64,000 bases of DNA. It comes from Octopus vulgaris. Lineage: Eukaryota. This document shows, piece by piece, positions 1 through 12,309 of this stretch. Within the stretch, counting starts at the first letter, position 1, and every line of letters begins with the position of its first letter. Location: assembly GCA_951406725.2 (NCBI GenBank), contig OX597824.1, positions 80,042,001 to 80,106,000 of the forward strand, written 5' to 3'. The notes beneath the pieces were generated by a model. It was given only the letters and a program-made list of their open reading frames with translations. It made no database searches and was not told where the DNA came from. A program made the position numbers and the translations under genes.

Positions 1-736
1 GCAGTGCGCTTTACATCACATGTTAAATTCACCACTACAGATATTCTATAGAAATTATAGCCAGCCCAAACCCTACCTGATTAAGGGGTTAGATAGATAC
101 TGATGAAGGGGCAAAAACTCCCGCAATGTGGCACATATACTCATTACTCATCTTTCATTTTCGATCTCATTGTTTGTTTACATATGGCATATTGGATATG
201 AAACGTCGTAACAAAAATCCCTGCCCGCTATGATTTGTATAGAAAATCTGTAGAAATGACCTTAATAAGAGTAGTTCTAGGGTTTTGAGGAGTGTGGATC
301 CACCTCTTATCCCCTACTGTTCCCGTCTACTTTGATACTGAGCAGTAGCACCTGTTAGGGTCTCGTCAATAGGGTCTCATTCAATTAGCATGTGAACTAC
401 TGGGAGTGAAGGACCCCTAGTTTTCGTTAAAACTTCCTTCTTGGGGAAGATAAATTTGTAAAGAAACACCTGCAGGGCAATTGGTCTCTGGTGGTCTGCA
501 CATATTTAGTGTCACTGGTTTTATAGCTTATTGAGCTGAAAAGTGGTTTCAGTGTTGTGCAACTCTTTATTCACTGAAACCAAATTCACGCACAGGAACT
601 CATTGGACTCCCGAAACTTTTGCACGGACTTCCACCATATATACATACATTACACCATGCATAGATATATATAGATACATACATACATGCATGTATATAT
701 TCATACATTACCAACATGCATACATAGATACATACT

Positions 737-948
737 TGTTTTTATCCTTGACAAACAGTGGATATATAATTTAACGATGCAGAGGTAAAAATTAATGTGT
801 TCACACGAGTACATCGCAAAACTCCAAAACGTCCTCTCAACGACTCCTATCGACCTCTTGTCTCAACCAATACTTTACTCTTTATAAGAGATATCGGCTA
901 GTCCATTCTTCCAATCCCTCAGGAGTCTTAATGGCGCTCGCCAATACA
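737..948 (-). mobile_element. 3' LTR of a Gypsy-type retrotransposon
   Basis: On the minus strand a polypurine tract AAAGGAGGAGA (959-949) is followed directly by TG (948). There is an internal TATAAAA and a plausible CA end near 737. It lies just downstream of the integrase remnant. Confidence 0.6.
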
Positions 949-959
949 TCTCCTCCTTT

Positions 960-2095
960 GCGACTGACTTCCGTTTGAAGTTAATATTTTCTTTTTTTTT
1001 CTTTTATCGCATCTCCCTTATTGAGATTCTCCTCCAAGGGAAGTTTAATATTTCTTCCGTTTAGACGCTACTTCCAACCGTTCTGTTTGTTTCCTCTTTC
1101 TTGTGTTGCTACGACTAGGTTTGAAAGTTCGATTTCTTGTGGCGTGTGAACATCAAAAGTGTCGTACAACACTTCCATGAGTATTAAATTTTCTTTTTTC
1201 GGTATATCTATTTTTTAACTGGTTTAAATGTCTTTTGTATTCCCATTTTTAGCCTCTTACTATATATGTCATTTACCTACGCTTTTTGTTACTACTCTGT
1301 CTTTCTAGACTTGTCTTCCATTTTTATATATTTTGAAAAACACCTTGTCACCGATATTTAAATGCTTTGTCGTACATTTAGTTTTTACCTATTTGTTTTT
1401 CTTTCTGGTAACAGCTTGTCGAAAAAATTGACTATATTTTTCGAGCAAACATTAGTTCCGTAGATGCCTTGCACGAAAAAGTGTTTGGGTTTGGTATTAT
1501 CCTATAAACCCTTCAAAAATTGTGTCAATGTAGCGTTATCAACTAGCTCGTTTCTTGATTTCTTTCATGCTATTTTAAATGTATCCACGAATCTTTCCAC
1601 TAGCCCGTTTGATCTTGGGTGATACGGAGTAGTAGTGATATGTTTAATTGTGTACATCTTGCAAAAATTCTTAAATTCATTCGCCGTGAATTGTGTACTG
1701 TTATCCGAGACTATGGTAACCGGGACACCATACCTAGCAAAAAGTTCGCGTAGAAATTCCACTGTTACCGTGGATGTTGGTTTTCTGCATGTATACATTT
1801 CTGGCATTTCGAAAATCTACCTAACCACTAATAGATAATATGATCGGTTTAACGGTCCTGCGAAGTCTATGTGTAGCCTGGACCATGGAATGGTCTTGGG
1901 CCCAGGTTGAAATTTTGTAGGTGGTGAGTTCACTGCAAGAACACAACCTCTGCAGGATTTTACCAACTTCTCAATATCTAGATCTTTTTTTGGCCAGTAA
2001 ACATAACTCCTCATAAGCAACTTCATCCTAGAAATTCCTGGATGTCCAGTGTAGAATTTCTTTAACATTCGACCCTGTAGTGAGGTAGGCATTAC
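960..2095 (-). pseudogene. Decayed Ty3/Gypsy pol: integrase Zn-binding domain, rve core and C-terminus
   Basis: ORFs 1817-2092 (GHPGISRMKLLMRSYVYWP...CRGC...PWSRLHIDFAGPL) and 1565-1807 (YGVPVTIVSDNSTQF...PYHPRSNGLVERF) carry Gypsy integrase motifs, separated by a stop/frameshift. Confidence 0.93.
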
Positions 2096-2099
2096 GTCA

Positions 2100-2288
2100 C
2101 TCAGTGCTTGACAACCGATGCTGGTGTGTTTACGTCCCCGTAACTTAGCAGTTCGGCAAAAGAGACCGATGTAATAAGTACTAGGTTTCCAAAGAATAAT
2201 CCCTGGGGTTGATTTGCTCGACTAAATGCGGTGCTCCAGCATGGCCGCAATCAAATAACTTAAACCAGTAAATGAGTAAAAGAGTAAA
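2100..2288 (+). mobile_element. SINE family A, 3' half
   Basis: Matches the 3' half of the full copies at 4095, 21939 and 37541 (gcttgacaaccgatgctggtgtg...gtaaaagag). Confidence 0.85.
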
Positions 2289-2350
2289 GCGTATACATTC
2301 ACACACGCATATACTTACTACATAAAATACTATATAATGATAGGAATTTC

Positions 2351-2396
<46 letters not shown>

Positions 2397-2932
2397 CTAC
2401 AATATAACGCCATTTAATATATCACAATACAATATAGGCTGTTATAGCATAATATAGTATTACGCAATATAGTACAATGAGATACAATATTATAACATAT
2501 ATGACGTAATAATTTTTGAGATGACATAATATAAAATTTGATATAAAGTATAGCATAATATATTAGATACATTATAACATAATACAATAACATATAAACA
2601 TAAAATAGCAATACGATACAAAATAATATGATTTAATATGATATAAAGTAATTTGACACTACGTAAAATATTCTGGTGCGTGCTGCATTTAACGGGAGAT
2701 CAAGGTCAGAAACAGGGAGAGGGGAAAAGTCGATTAAGTCGACCTCTGAACTTGGCTTGTATTTCGCTTTATTGACACCAGAGCTAAGTGGACTCGCTAT
2801 GTGGGATTGGAACTCAGAAGATGAAGGTGCTTGAATAAATAGCGTAAGGTATCTATTCTCCCAATGAACCAGTTTATATAGTGTAGGTGTAATACAATAC
2901 AACGTATGTTAAAACATAATAATATGATAACG

Positions 2933-2988
<56 letters not shown>

Positions 2989-3177
2989 ATATGTAATATT
3001 TAAGAGAAGCAAAAATCCCTCAACTACAGCACACTAACACCACAATCGCGACAACTGCCACCTCCCAATCCCACTAGCGCCACCACCATTGCCGTCACTA
3101 TCACCAGCACCAGCAGCACCACCACCAGCACCACCACCAAAAACAACAAAACAACAACAACAACAACAACAGCAGTG

Positions 3178-3590
3178 AAGTCGCAATGGCCCAGTGGTTG
3201 GGGCAGCGGACTCGCGGTCGTAAGAACGCGGTTTCGATTTCCAGACCGAGCATTGTGAGTGTTTATTGGGTAAAAACACGAGGGTGAGGGGGGAAGCCCC
3301 GCTGTACTCTTACACCACAACTTTCTCTCACTCTTTCTTCCTACTTCTTCCACAAAGCAGAGGAACCCACTATGGTGTGGTAAACCTAGTCTAAGATGGT
3401 TCAGCTCTCCACCCGTTAAAAGCCACCGTTTACGGAATGAGGATAACAACGTATCTTTCGCGGCCGTGCAACCGCCAGTTTATCGCGTATTGTGAGTGGA
3501 TCTTAAAGTTGCTACACGTATTCTTAGTAGCTTACAGTGGGCTCGAATTAAAGGTTATTCTTTGTGTCTAATGGCGTGAGTCCTGATTGC
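3178..3590 (+). mobile_element. SINE family C (tRNA-Arg-like head), tail type 2
   Basis: Pol III A box (tggcccagtggtt) and B box (ggtttcgatttcc). Near-full reverse-complement match to 15808-16280. Confidence 0.85.
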
Positions 3591-3685
3591 TAAGGCGCGT
3601 GCTTTGAGACACGAAGGGACAAAAGTCGGCCGGTGGGCGTAACGCGGCAACAAAGCCACAATTCTGTTTTCGACGGACCAGAATG

Positions 3686-3902
3686 TATTTCACTACTGCC
3701 CACAAGGGGCTAAACACAGAGAGGACAAACGGATTATGTCGATTACATCGACCCCAGGGCGTAATTGGTACTTAATTTATCGACCCTGAAAGGATGAAAG
3801 GCAAAGTCGACCTCGGCGGAATTTGAACTCAGAACATAACGGCAGACGAAATACGGCTACGCATTTCGCCCGGCGTGCTAACGAGTCTGCCAGCTCGCCG
3901 CC
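3686..3902 (-). mobile_element. SINE family B monomer with 16-bp TSD
   Basis: TSD tcgacggaccagaatg at 3670-3685 and 3903-3918. Head ggcggcgagctggcaga with B box gagttcaaattcc. The central gtcgactttgcctttcatcctttc...gtcgataaattaagtacc segment resembles the MetaSINE domain (from memory). Confidence 0.9.
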
Positions 3903-4094
3903 TCGACGGACCAGAATGGGCACGTGTTACTCGAACCTGGGGAGATGTATGCAGCTTTTCAGTAGCACCTGGATCTACTATTTGCGACGATGGTGAACCG
4001 GGTTATCGAATGGAGTTCAGTGCCTTCTTCATTGGCCTGCTGCGACTCTTGCTGAGAGAGGCTCAGCATTGCAAAAAGTTTATAAACAGTTTAT

Positions 4095-4255
4095 GCGCAG
4101 GAATGGCTGTGTGGTAAGTAGCTTGTTTACCAACAACATGGTTCCGGGTTCAGTCCCGCTGCGTGGCACCTTGGGCAAGTGTCTTCTACTATAGCCTCGG
4201 GCCGACCAAAGCCTTGTGAGTGGATTTGGTAGACGGAAACTGAAATATATATATC

Positions 4256-4296
<41 letters not shown>

Positions 4297-4319
4297 TAAT
4301 GCAATACTAGAGTATTGCT

Positions 4320-4352
<33 letters not shown>

Positions 4353-4560
4353 TTGTTCCCCTAGCATTGCTTGACAACCGATGCTGGTGTGTTTGTGTCC
4401 CCGTTACTTAGCGGTTCGGCAAAAGGGACCGATAGAATAAGTACTGGGCTTACAAAAGAATAAGTCCCGGGGTCGAGTTGTTCGATTAAAGGCGGTGCTC
4501 CAGCATGGCCGCAGTCAAATGACTGAAACAAGTAAAAGAGAAAAGAGAGAGAGAGAGAGA
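4095..4560 (+). mobile_element. SINE family A, full length (tRNA-like head, CORE-like ccttgggcaagtg, internal (TA)n/(TG)n)
   Basis: A box tggctgtgtggtaag and B box ggttcagtccc. About ten related copies occur in the window. Confidence 0.92.
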
Positions 4561-4844
4561 GTTGCAGAAATACAGAAAGCGATGGTTGGCTGCAAGGTGG
4601 TTAAAACCGTCTGATTTCGATGGCCTGCCCTACGAGCTTTACTTCTGACAGTGGCCGACAGCCGGATTTGGTTCCATCTTCCGTGGTAAGATCACCGTGA
4701 CCTCGTGCACTTGGTCTGTCAAGGTCGTCTTCTCGACTTTCTTCTGTATTTATTGACTGTTGGGTCTGTATTGCAGAAGCAAGACACATTGAAGGACAAG
4801 GCGACCGAACCAGAATGCGAAAATCCGTGCAAGCATGCTCAGAC

Positions 4845-5259
4845 CATCACTAGTACCACCAGCACCACCAGCACCAGGACCATGACAACCAGCACCAGCA
4901 CCAGCACCAGCACCAGCACCACCACCACCACCATCACCACCACCACCAGCACCACCAGCACTACCACCACCACCACCACCAGCACCACCACCACCACCAC
5001 CACCAGCACCACCATCACCACCACCACCACCACCAGCACCACCACCAGCACCACCAGCATTACCACCACCACCACCACCAGCACCACCACCAGCACCACC
5101 ACCAGCACCATCACCACCACCACCACCAGCACCACCAGCACCACCAGCACCACCACCAGCACCACCAACACCAGCACCACCAGCACCACCACCACAACCA
5201 GCACCATCAGCACCACCACCACCACAACCAGCACCACAAGCACCACCAGCACCACCAGC

Positions 5260-5290
<31 letters not shown>

Positions 5291-5292
5291 GC
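4845..5292. repeat. (ACC/AGC)n trinucleotide low-complexity tract
   Basis: Directly visible. It produces the spurious poly-Thr/Ser and poly-Val ORFs. Confidence 0.95.
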
Positions 5293-8005
5293 AATTCAGA
5301 CAGACAGAGTGACACAAGCATATCAAAGTAATGGAACTACGAAACGGTAGTAAGTAACCAAGAATATCCAGTGGCACCGAGAGAGTGTGCTCCATGCCAT
5401 CCAACGGCATCGTAGGATACTAGAGAAGCGGATGATTGAATTGCTCGGTTTGGACTAACTCTCCAAGTAGAGAACTGTGGTGAGGTGAGAAGCAGAGTGA
5501 TCTATCTCATCCAGAAATGATCCGAAAGCTATTTCTGAAAGGCTGTTTCGAGGTGGTGAACGCCTTACATCACCTCAGCAATTTATTGTCACCTGACCGT
5601 CGGGCCGTGTTCCAATTCATGCTTAGTTGTCTGCGAGTGTCTTTCGTTTTCTGTGGAAGAGACTCATTTCCCTGCTCAGGCGATCCATTTGCTGTCACCC
5701 CCTCCCTCAATTAGTGGAGGACTTGGTATGCAGTGGCGGATGATGTGCAGACATGCTCCGAAGATGTATCATCTCTAGTAATTCCTTGACAGTGAATAGG
5801 TATGGGAGAAATTCTAGGTGTCGATGTAAACCAACTAACTGGTCTGTTCCGAAAAACTTTCGTGTCGGGGCCTGTCGATAACTTCCAGAAATTCTTGGTC
5901 AGACAGTGCTACCGGGGGACATCGCTAATTCGACATAAATTCTACAAGCCTAGAAGTGCCGTCAAGCAGGTACTGTCTGAGATGTGACAGAACAACGAAA
6001 CTGTTATGCATGCGCTCGAGTAAAACCAGAGCATTGCCGACTTTGCTTATGTCGAATAACTGTTATACGTAGGACTGAACCGGCTATCGACTAAGTTCAT
6101 TGAAAAAGACTACCCCATTGCTTTCGATGTCGAGAAGGGAACTTAACCCAAAGAGATCGGTGACAGAGCGAAATGAAAGACGGGAATAAACAGCCCTACC
6201 TACTCATGATGAAAGCTGGCATATTGAAAGAGGTAGAAGACGTTTTCGAAGCCTGCTACTTTAAAATTACAACAACTGAAACGAAAACCATGAAAATAAC
6301 CACTAACACAATCAGTCAACAAGATTATTTAACTTATACTCTAGTTCAAAAAATGCAACCTGAAATTAATGGAGGAGATTGGGGGCAGTTAAAACATAAC
6401 CTCCAGCGAAGAAGGCACTGAAGAGCTTCTTTCTTCAAACACTCAGAGCCACATTATGTATTCCATTAGTCTCCCAAACACATAAACTCTTAAAGGTGTT
6501 CAGCATTTTAGAAAACTAACTCTAATGCTTTAGAAAGGACCTTCGGTATTGTCGCCCCATTCTATAACGAAACCAGACGAAGAGGTTTTCTTGAGGGCCA
6601 AGACGAGAATCTTCACCATTTTCTATCTCCGATCATAATAGCTGTGCTCAGAGAGGTTAGCATAAGTGTTAGTGGCCTAGGTTCGGCAAGGTTCTTTGTT
6701 CAACGACCTCAGATTCATAAATAATCAACGCAATTGCTATTAGTGTGACAAGAATCTTTGGGGACCACGCAGTCACTTCCAAGGCTGTACCTAAGGTGAG
6801 GGAAAATCGTGATGATTACCCCAATGTTCTTTAGACAAATATGGGGTGCAGTGTTTATCTGTTTGATAACTATAACGAAACGAAAGATATGTGGTAAATG
6901 AGATTGAAAGGTCGGAAAATAAACACTTTCATCTTTGGTCCAGTGCCTTGCAAGGGACAAATCACCCATTTTTGATGGCTTATGTGCCAGAGATGTTTGA
7001 TGACTTCTTGACAAACGTCTGTGCTACTGTCAGATCACTTCTGTGATCTAGAGCGTATTAATGCTGTTAAGGAAAGACATCAAGTGGAATCTAAAAGATG
7101 ATGTCCAACTCGCAACCTTATTAAATGCAGAGAAGTGTACGATTTTGGTAAAGGTGCTTGGCATCGGTGATTGAGAACGCAAACATGTGATTTCGAATAA
7201 ATCTATCCATGACAATTACCACCTCGTGGGATACATCGTAGATGAGGTGAGAAACAAACAGAGCTTTGTGTCGGGCCTTCATCAGTAAAAAGCTTTCGAT
7301 TGACTTGACCATTGATATATGGCAGCCGCCCTAAATGTGACCGGATTTTGGCACATTTTAGAGTTTGGATCGTAGATGCACAGTGGCACTTGCACTGTGG
7401 TCAGTGTAAATGTCTAACTTTTGGAACTGTTTCATATTGCGCACTCGTTCTGTTAAAGGTGTCTCCCTATCGGTTTTGCTATACGTGAATGCTTCCGAGA
7501 CATTACTTCGGAAGCTAAAACTATGTTGTGAGGCATCCTTTTTTAAATCTGAGATGCTGTGCATGAATGACATGGCTGTGATGGTGCTGGATTGCACAGG
7601 AATGGGGGTGGTTGGCACCATTCTAAAGCAATACATAACCATAGGAGGTGCATGATAAATCTGGACAAGTCAAAGAGCTTGCAGCAGGGCACTGGGAGAG
7701 GCAAATCTATACTGTCGGTCAGCGTAGTGAAGTACTTGACTGACGTCTTGTTCTGTCCAAGCGTCCTGGTGAACAGGAACAGGAACGAACAGGATAACCT
7801 GCTTCACTCAATAATTGGATGATAAAAAAGCTTTTACTGAAATGTTGAACTGGAGTGGTGAGTGCCTATACCACCTTCACCATAATTTACTGCCCGACCG
7901 TCGTACTCAGTAATTCTCGACTAATTGGATTGGTTACCAATACACTTTGGAAACCTGGCTATGCATGCACTCGCTGTTGATGCACGGACACGCACAATAC
8001 CTATT

Positions 8006-8192
8006 TCTTTATTACCCACAAGGGGCTAAACATAGAGGGGACAAACAAGGACAGACATAGGTATTAAGTCGATTATATCGACCCCAAAAGGATGAAAGGC
8101 AAAGACGACCTCGGCGGAATTTGAACTCAAACGTAACGGCAGACGAAATACCGCAAAGCATTTCGCCCGGCGTGCTAACGCTTCTCCCAGCT
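8006..8192 (-). mobile_element. SINE family B monomer with 15-bp TSD
   Basis: TSD cgcacaatacctatt at 7991-8005 and 8193-8207. Inserted into the Tx1-like LINE. Confidence 0.9.
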
Positions 8193-9051
8193 CGCACAAT
8201 ACCTATTGGGATTTCTGAAGATGTGCTCTCCGTTAGCAAAGTACTCATTTCCGGAGGTCATCTCTTTGACGGATTTAACTTTCTGGATCAAGAAAGACCG
8301 AGTCTGGACACCTGGAATCTGGAATGTCGTCAGATGCTCACTGTGTCTACTATCTGGGTATTGTGGTCAGTGGAAGCTCCGCTTAATAAATCTAGAGGGA
8401 CCTAGTGGTAGGTAAGATCAATGATTCGATCCGTCGGTGAAGACAAACTAGCTGATAGTTGAGGAGAACTTTCGGGTCAGAGACTACTTTAGATCCCTCT
8501 CAGAAACTCAGAAAGTGCTACCGAGGGGCACAACTCGATCGAGATAAACTCTAGAGCCCCTGAAGTGCTATCCTGTGAGATTGTTTGATATGTACGCAGA
8601 GACCGAAGAGTACTTGCACGCATTTGTACAGTGTTTGAGCATTGCTGCCATGTGAAGCAGACATCGAACAGTGGAATCCGCGCGTAAGAAGGCTCCAAGA
8701 TCGCCCCATCAGGTCAGCAGAAGTATGTGGGCATGCATTGCTGCAGTGCATCACAGCATCCACCGTTTGTCGGTATTCACTCGGGTCTTCTCGGAGCAGC
8801 TTTCCGAGCAGTGTCACAGTCGGTCTCCGTCTCCGTGAGATACTTTCTCATCCGCTGTGTCCCTGTAGCATGTGGCCAACCAATATAAGCCGTCATCGCC
8901 ACCTCAGGAACCTCAGAGGCGAGAACATTGGAGTTCATGACCAAATCGAGCTTCATGACCAAATCTTCTAACCGCTCTCTTTTAAATGGGACGGGGAGAC
9001 AGTTTTGCTCTGTCCAGTGGCTATGACGCAAATGATTACACAATATGTTAA

Positions 9052-9433
9052 GCAGGCATGGCAGTGTCGTGAGAAGTTGGCTTCCCAACCTCATGGTTCC
9101 GGGTTCAGTCCCACTGCGTGGTATCTTGAGCAAGTGTCTTCAACTATAACCTCATAACCGATCAAAGCCTTGTGAATGGATTTCCTAGAAGGATACTGAA
9201 AGAAGCCCACCGTATATATATGCTTATGTGTGTATGTGTATCTTTGTATCTGTGTTTGTCCTTCACCACCGCTTGGCAACCGGTGATGGTTTGTTTATGT
9301 CACGTAACTTCGCGGTTCGGTAAAAGAGGCCGATAGTGCCGGACTTAAAAATAATTTGTTCGACTAAAATTTCATCTAGGCGTTGCCCAAGCACGGGCCG
9401 TAATCTAATGACTGAGACAATTAAAGGATAAAG
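9052..9433 (+). mobile_element. SINE family A, older diverged copy
   Basis: Colinear with 4095-4560 with many substitutions. Confidence 0.85.
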
Positions 9434-9688
9434 GTATTTCAAGTTCCACGTGGAAGGGGAAACGAGGGCGGAGAGGTAAGTTCAAGCTTCCAATGAGATT
9501 CGTAAATGGTGAATGACTGCGGGGAAAAAATGGCTAGAATTATAGTTCCATGTCTAAAGAACTAATCTAAGCGTCTGTAGATTGGAGAACAATAGTCGAG
9601 AGAGAAGGCGAGAGCCCTTGTTGGACAAAGTAACTTAGCTCGCTGAGTTTCTTTGAAGGATGATTGCTTCATCCACTTATTTATATAT

Positions 9689-10068
9689 GGAGGCGCAATG
9701 GCCCAGTGGTTAGGGCAGCGGACTCGCGGTCGTAGGATCGCGGTTTCGATTCCTAGACCGGGCGTTGTGAGTGTTTATTGAGCGAAAACACCTAAAGCTC
9801 CACGAGGCTCCGGCAGGGATGGTGGTGATCCCTGCTGTACTCTTTCACCACAACTTTCTCTCACTCTTACTTCCTGTTTATGTTGTACCTGTATTTCAAA
9901 GGGCCGGCCTTGCCACTCTCTGTGTCACGCTGAATATCCCCGAGAACTACGTTAAGGGTACACGTGTCTGTAGAGTGCTCAGCCACTTACACGTTAATTT
10001 CACGAGCAGGCTGTTCCGTTGATCGGATCAACCGAAACCCTCGTCGTCGTAACCGACGGAGTGCTTCC
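9689..10068 (+). mobile_element. SINE family C (tRNA-Arg-like head), tail type 1, with 10-bp TSD
   Basis: Head ggaggcgcaatggcccagtggttagggcagcggactcgcggtcgtaggatcgcggtttcgattcc. TSD atttatatat at 9679-9688 and 10069-10078. Second copy at 20259-20652. Confidence 0.92.
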
Positions 10069-10244
10069 ATTTATATATACTCCGATTGCTACGAAAATCT
10101 TCATCTTTGTTAATCCGTCTTTGTAATGTTTCCTTGCCGGTCGCCCTTGTGGCAAACAAGAGAGATTATAGTTTATCAATTTTAGTATTACCATTTTGTT
10201 TAATGACTGTTACGGTTGAGGATGCTGTGTGCTCCTGTCGTATT

Positions 10245-10379
10245 TGATGATGACGATGATGATTATGATGATGATGATGATGGTGATGAAAGTGGCGGTG
10301 GTAGTGGTGGTGGCGCTGGTGGTGGTGGTGGTGGTGATGGTGGTGGTAATGGTCGTGCTGATGTTGAGTGTACTGATAG

Positions 10380-10432
<53 letters not shown>

Positions 10433-10900
10433 CCGCTGCCGCCGCTGTCACTTCTGTCGCCGCCGCCGTCGCCTCTGTTGCCACCGCCGCCGCCCATGAT
10501 GAAAATGATGACGACGACTATGATGATAATGATGATGATGACGATGATGACGATGATGGTGGTGGTGGTGTTGCTGGAGGTGGTGGTGGTGGTAGTGGTG
10601 ATGCTTGTAACGGCCGTGCTAATATTGATGGAAGTGATACAGATGATGATGATGATGATGATGATAATGACGACGACGACGATGATCACTACAACCACGA
10701 TCACGACGACGACGATGATCATGACGATAATATTTGTTGCTGACGACGCCGACGCTGGCGAAGACGATGATAATAATGAGGATGGCAGTGACGATGACAG
10801 GCAAGATTTGTTGCTGATGCTGATGACTAAAACAATAATGAAGATGCTGATGATGATGATGATGATGACGATGCTGATGATGATGCTGATTATGATGATA
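10245..10900. repeat. Compound (GAT)n/(GGT)n/(GCC)n microsatellite
   Basis: Directly visible; source of the poly-D, poly-M and poly-I ORFs. Confidence 0.95.
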
Positions 10901-11441
10901 AAACTAGCTAACTTCACTCTATGTGGTTATCAATCGACAAATAACAGGCGACATAGGCCGCCATATTCCACCACACTTCCTCCTTGTCTTTGCACTTCTA
11001 TTGATTTATTTGACTATTTTGTCGTTAATTTTGTTATTTATTAATTTTTGCTAAAATGTCGTCTATTGTCTCTCGTCCGTCCCACCCCTGCTTTATACCA
11101 GCCTCTTGCACATCCGGAAAATCTCGTATCTCCTCTCCTCTCATCTCCCCGTTCTCCAACCAACCCATTCCACGAAACTATACAACGCAACATCAACCGA
11201 GGGCCCCCAACCAAGACCGTCCCTTCCCTATCTCTACCTAGCTTAAACGAAAACCCGAACCAAAGCGAACGAACCGAAGCTCAAAAGCCCAGACACAACC
11301 CAAACCCGACCCAAACGAGCAATCCTCACTCATTACACTTCACTATATACTCCCTTCCTCCCTCTCTTCTATTTTTTTTTTCATCTTTTCCCTGTTTTTC
11401 TCCTACCACCCAAACCAAACCAAACCAAAGCAGTTACTTAC

Positions 11442-11560
11442 CCCGTCCTCGTCAGATTTCTGAAAACTACCGTCTCACTTCGCTCAGAAGAGAGAAGAGA
11501 AAAACTAAGTAGACAGTCAAAACCCATAAACAAAACAAAATACCATTTCACCACAGTCAT
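11442..11560 (-). CDS. Candidate first coding exon of a secreted or membrane protein (MTVVKWYFVLFMGFDCLLSFSLLSSERSETVVFRNLTRTG)
   Basis: ATG at 11560 with a purine at -3, a hydrophobic N-terminal stretch, an N-L-T sequon, and a consensus donor GG|GTAAGT (intron starting at 11441). Lies in a region with no recognisable TE. No homology recognised. Confidence 0.4.
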
Positions 11561-12249
11561 TTCTTGCAGGCTTTTGCTGCTGTGTCGTCTCTGCCTGCTC
11601 GAGGCTATGAATGTTTCTGTGTGTGTATATGGGTAAGTGTGTGGCGTGTAAGTGTGTTTACGCGCGTTTCTCTTTCTCTCTTTCTCTCTTTCTCTCTTTC
11701 CCACTCCATCTATCTCTTTCCATCTCTTTCCGTGTCTGTCTGTATCTTCTGTCTACGTGACAGAATCACATCAAGATGAATTGAGTTTATTGCCACCGCA
11801 GACTTTTACCTTCCCGCTATCTTTCCTTTCTTTCTTTCCTTCCTTCCTTCCTTTCTTCCTTTTTTTTTCGTTACTTATTTCTTCTCTTTCCTTTCCTTTC
11901 CTTTTTCAATTTCTTCACCCGTTCTCATCTCCCACCTTTTCGTCACCCATCTCAGTTCCCTTTTTCCAACAAACTTTCCAACAACTTTCCAACCCCCAGT
12001 CTTCATACATCGCCATCTTTGCCGTATCTTTCCTTCTTTATCTTTTTTCCTTACTTTGTTTACGTATTTTTTTTTAACTCTGCGCTTTCCTTTTGTTATT
12101 CTTAATTTCTGTTCTATAGCCGCATTTTCGCTTTTTTTTTTCTTTCTACTTTCACTATCGATATCGTTGTTGCTATTGCTGTTGCATTTAATGTTATTAT
12201 TATTGTTGCTGTCATTGATGTTTTATTTTTGTGTTGTTGCAGCTCCTCT

Positions 12250-12309
<60 letters not shown>

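Larger units (their letters stand above)
3600..8990 (+). mobile_element. Heavily decayed L1/Tx1-clade LINE (possible ORF1 remnants, APE, RT, C-terminal CCHC), interrupted by SINEs and an (ACC)n tract
   Basis: Degenerate motifs: aaagctttcgat (KAFD, ~7290); SVKGVSLSVLLYVNASETLLRKL (cf. SVRQGCPLSPLLY..ALEPLLRKL, ~7450); INLDKSKSL..G (~7655); C..EEYLHAFVQC zinc knuckle (~8590-8635). Many stops and frameshifts; the 5' boundary is uncertain. Confidence 0.7.

Noticed and set aside
4705-5331. 208-aa Thr/Ser-rich mucin-like ORF
   Set aside because: Non-ATG start, and the length comes from an (ACC)n expansion inside a decayed LINE.
9689-9763. tRNA-Arg-like gene
   Set aside because: It is a SINE head: it continues into a repeated body with a TSD and recurs four times.
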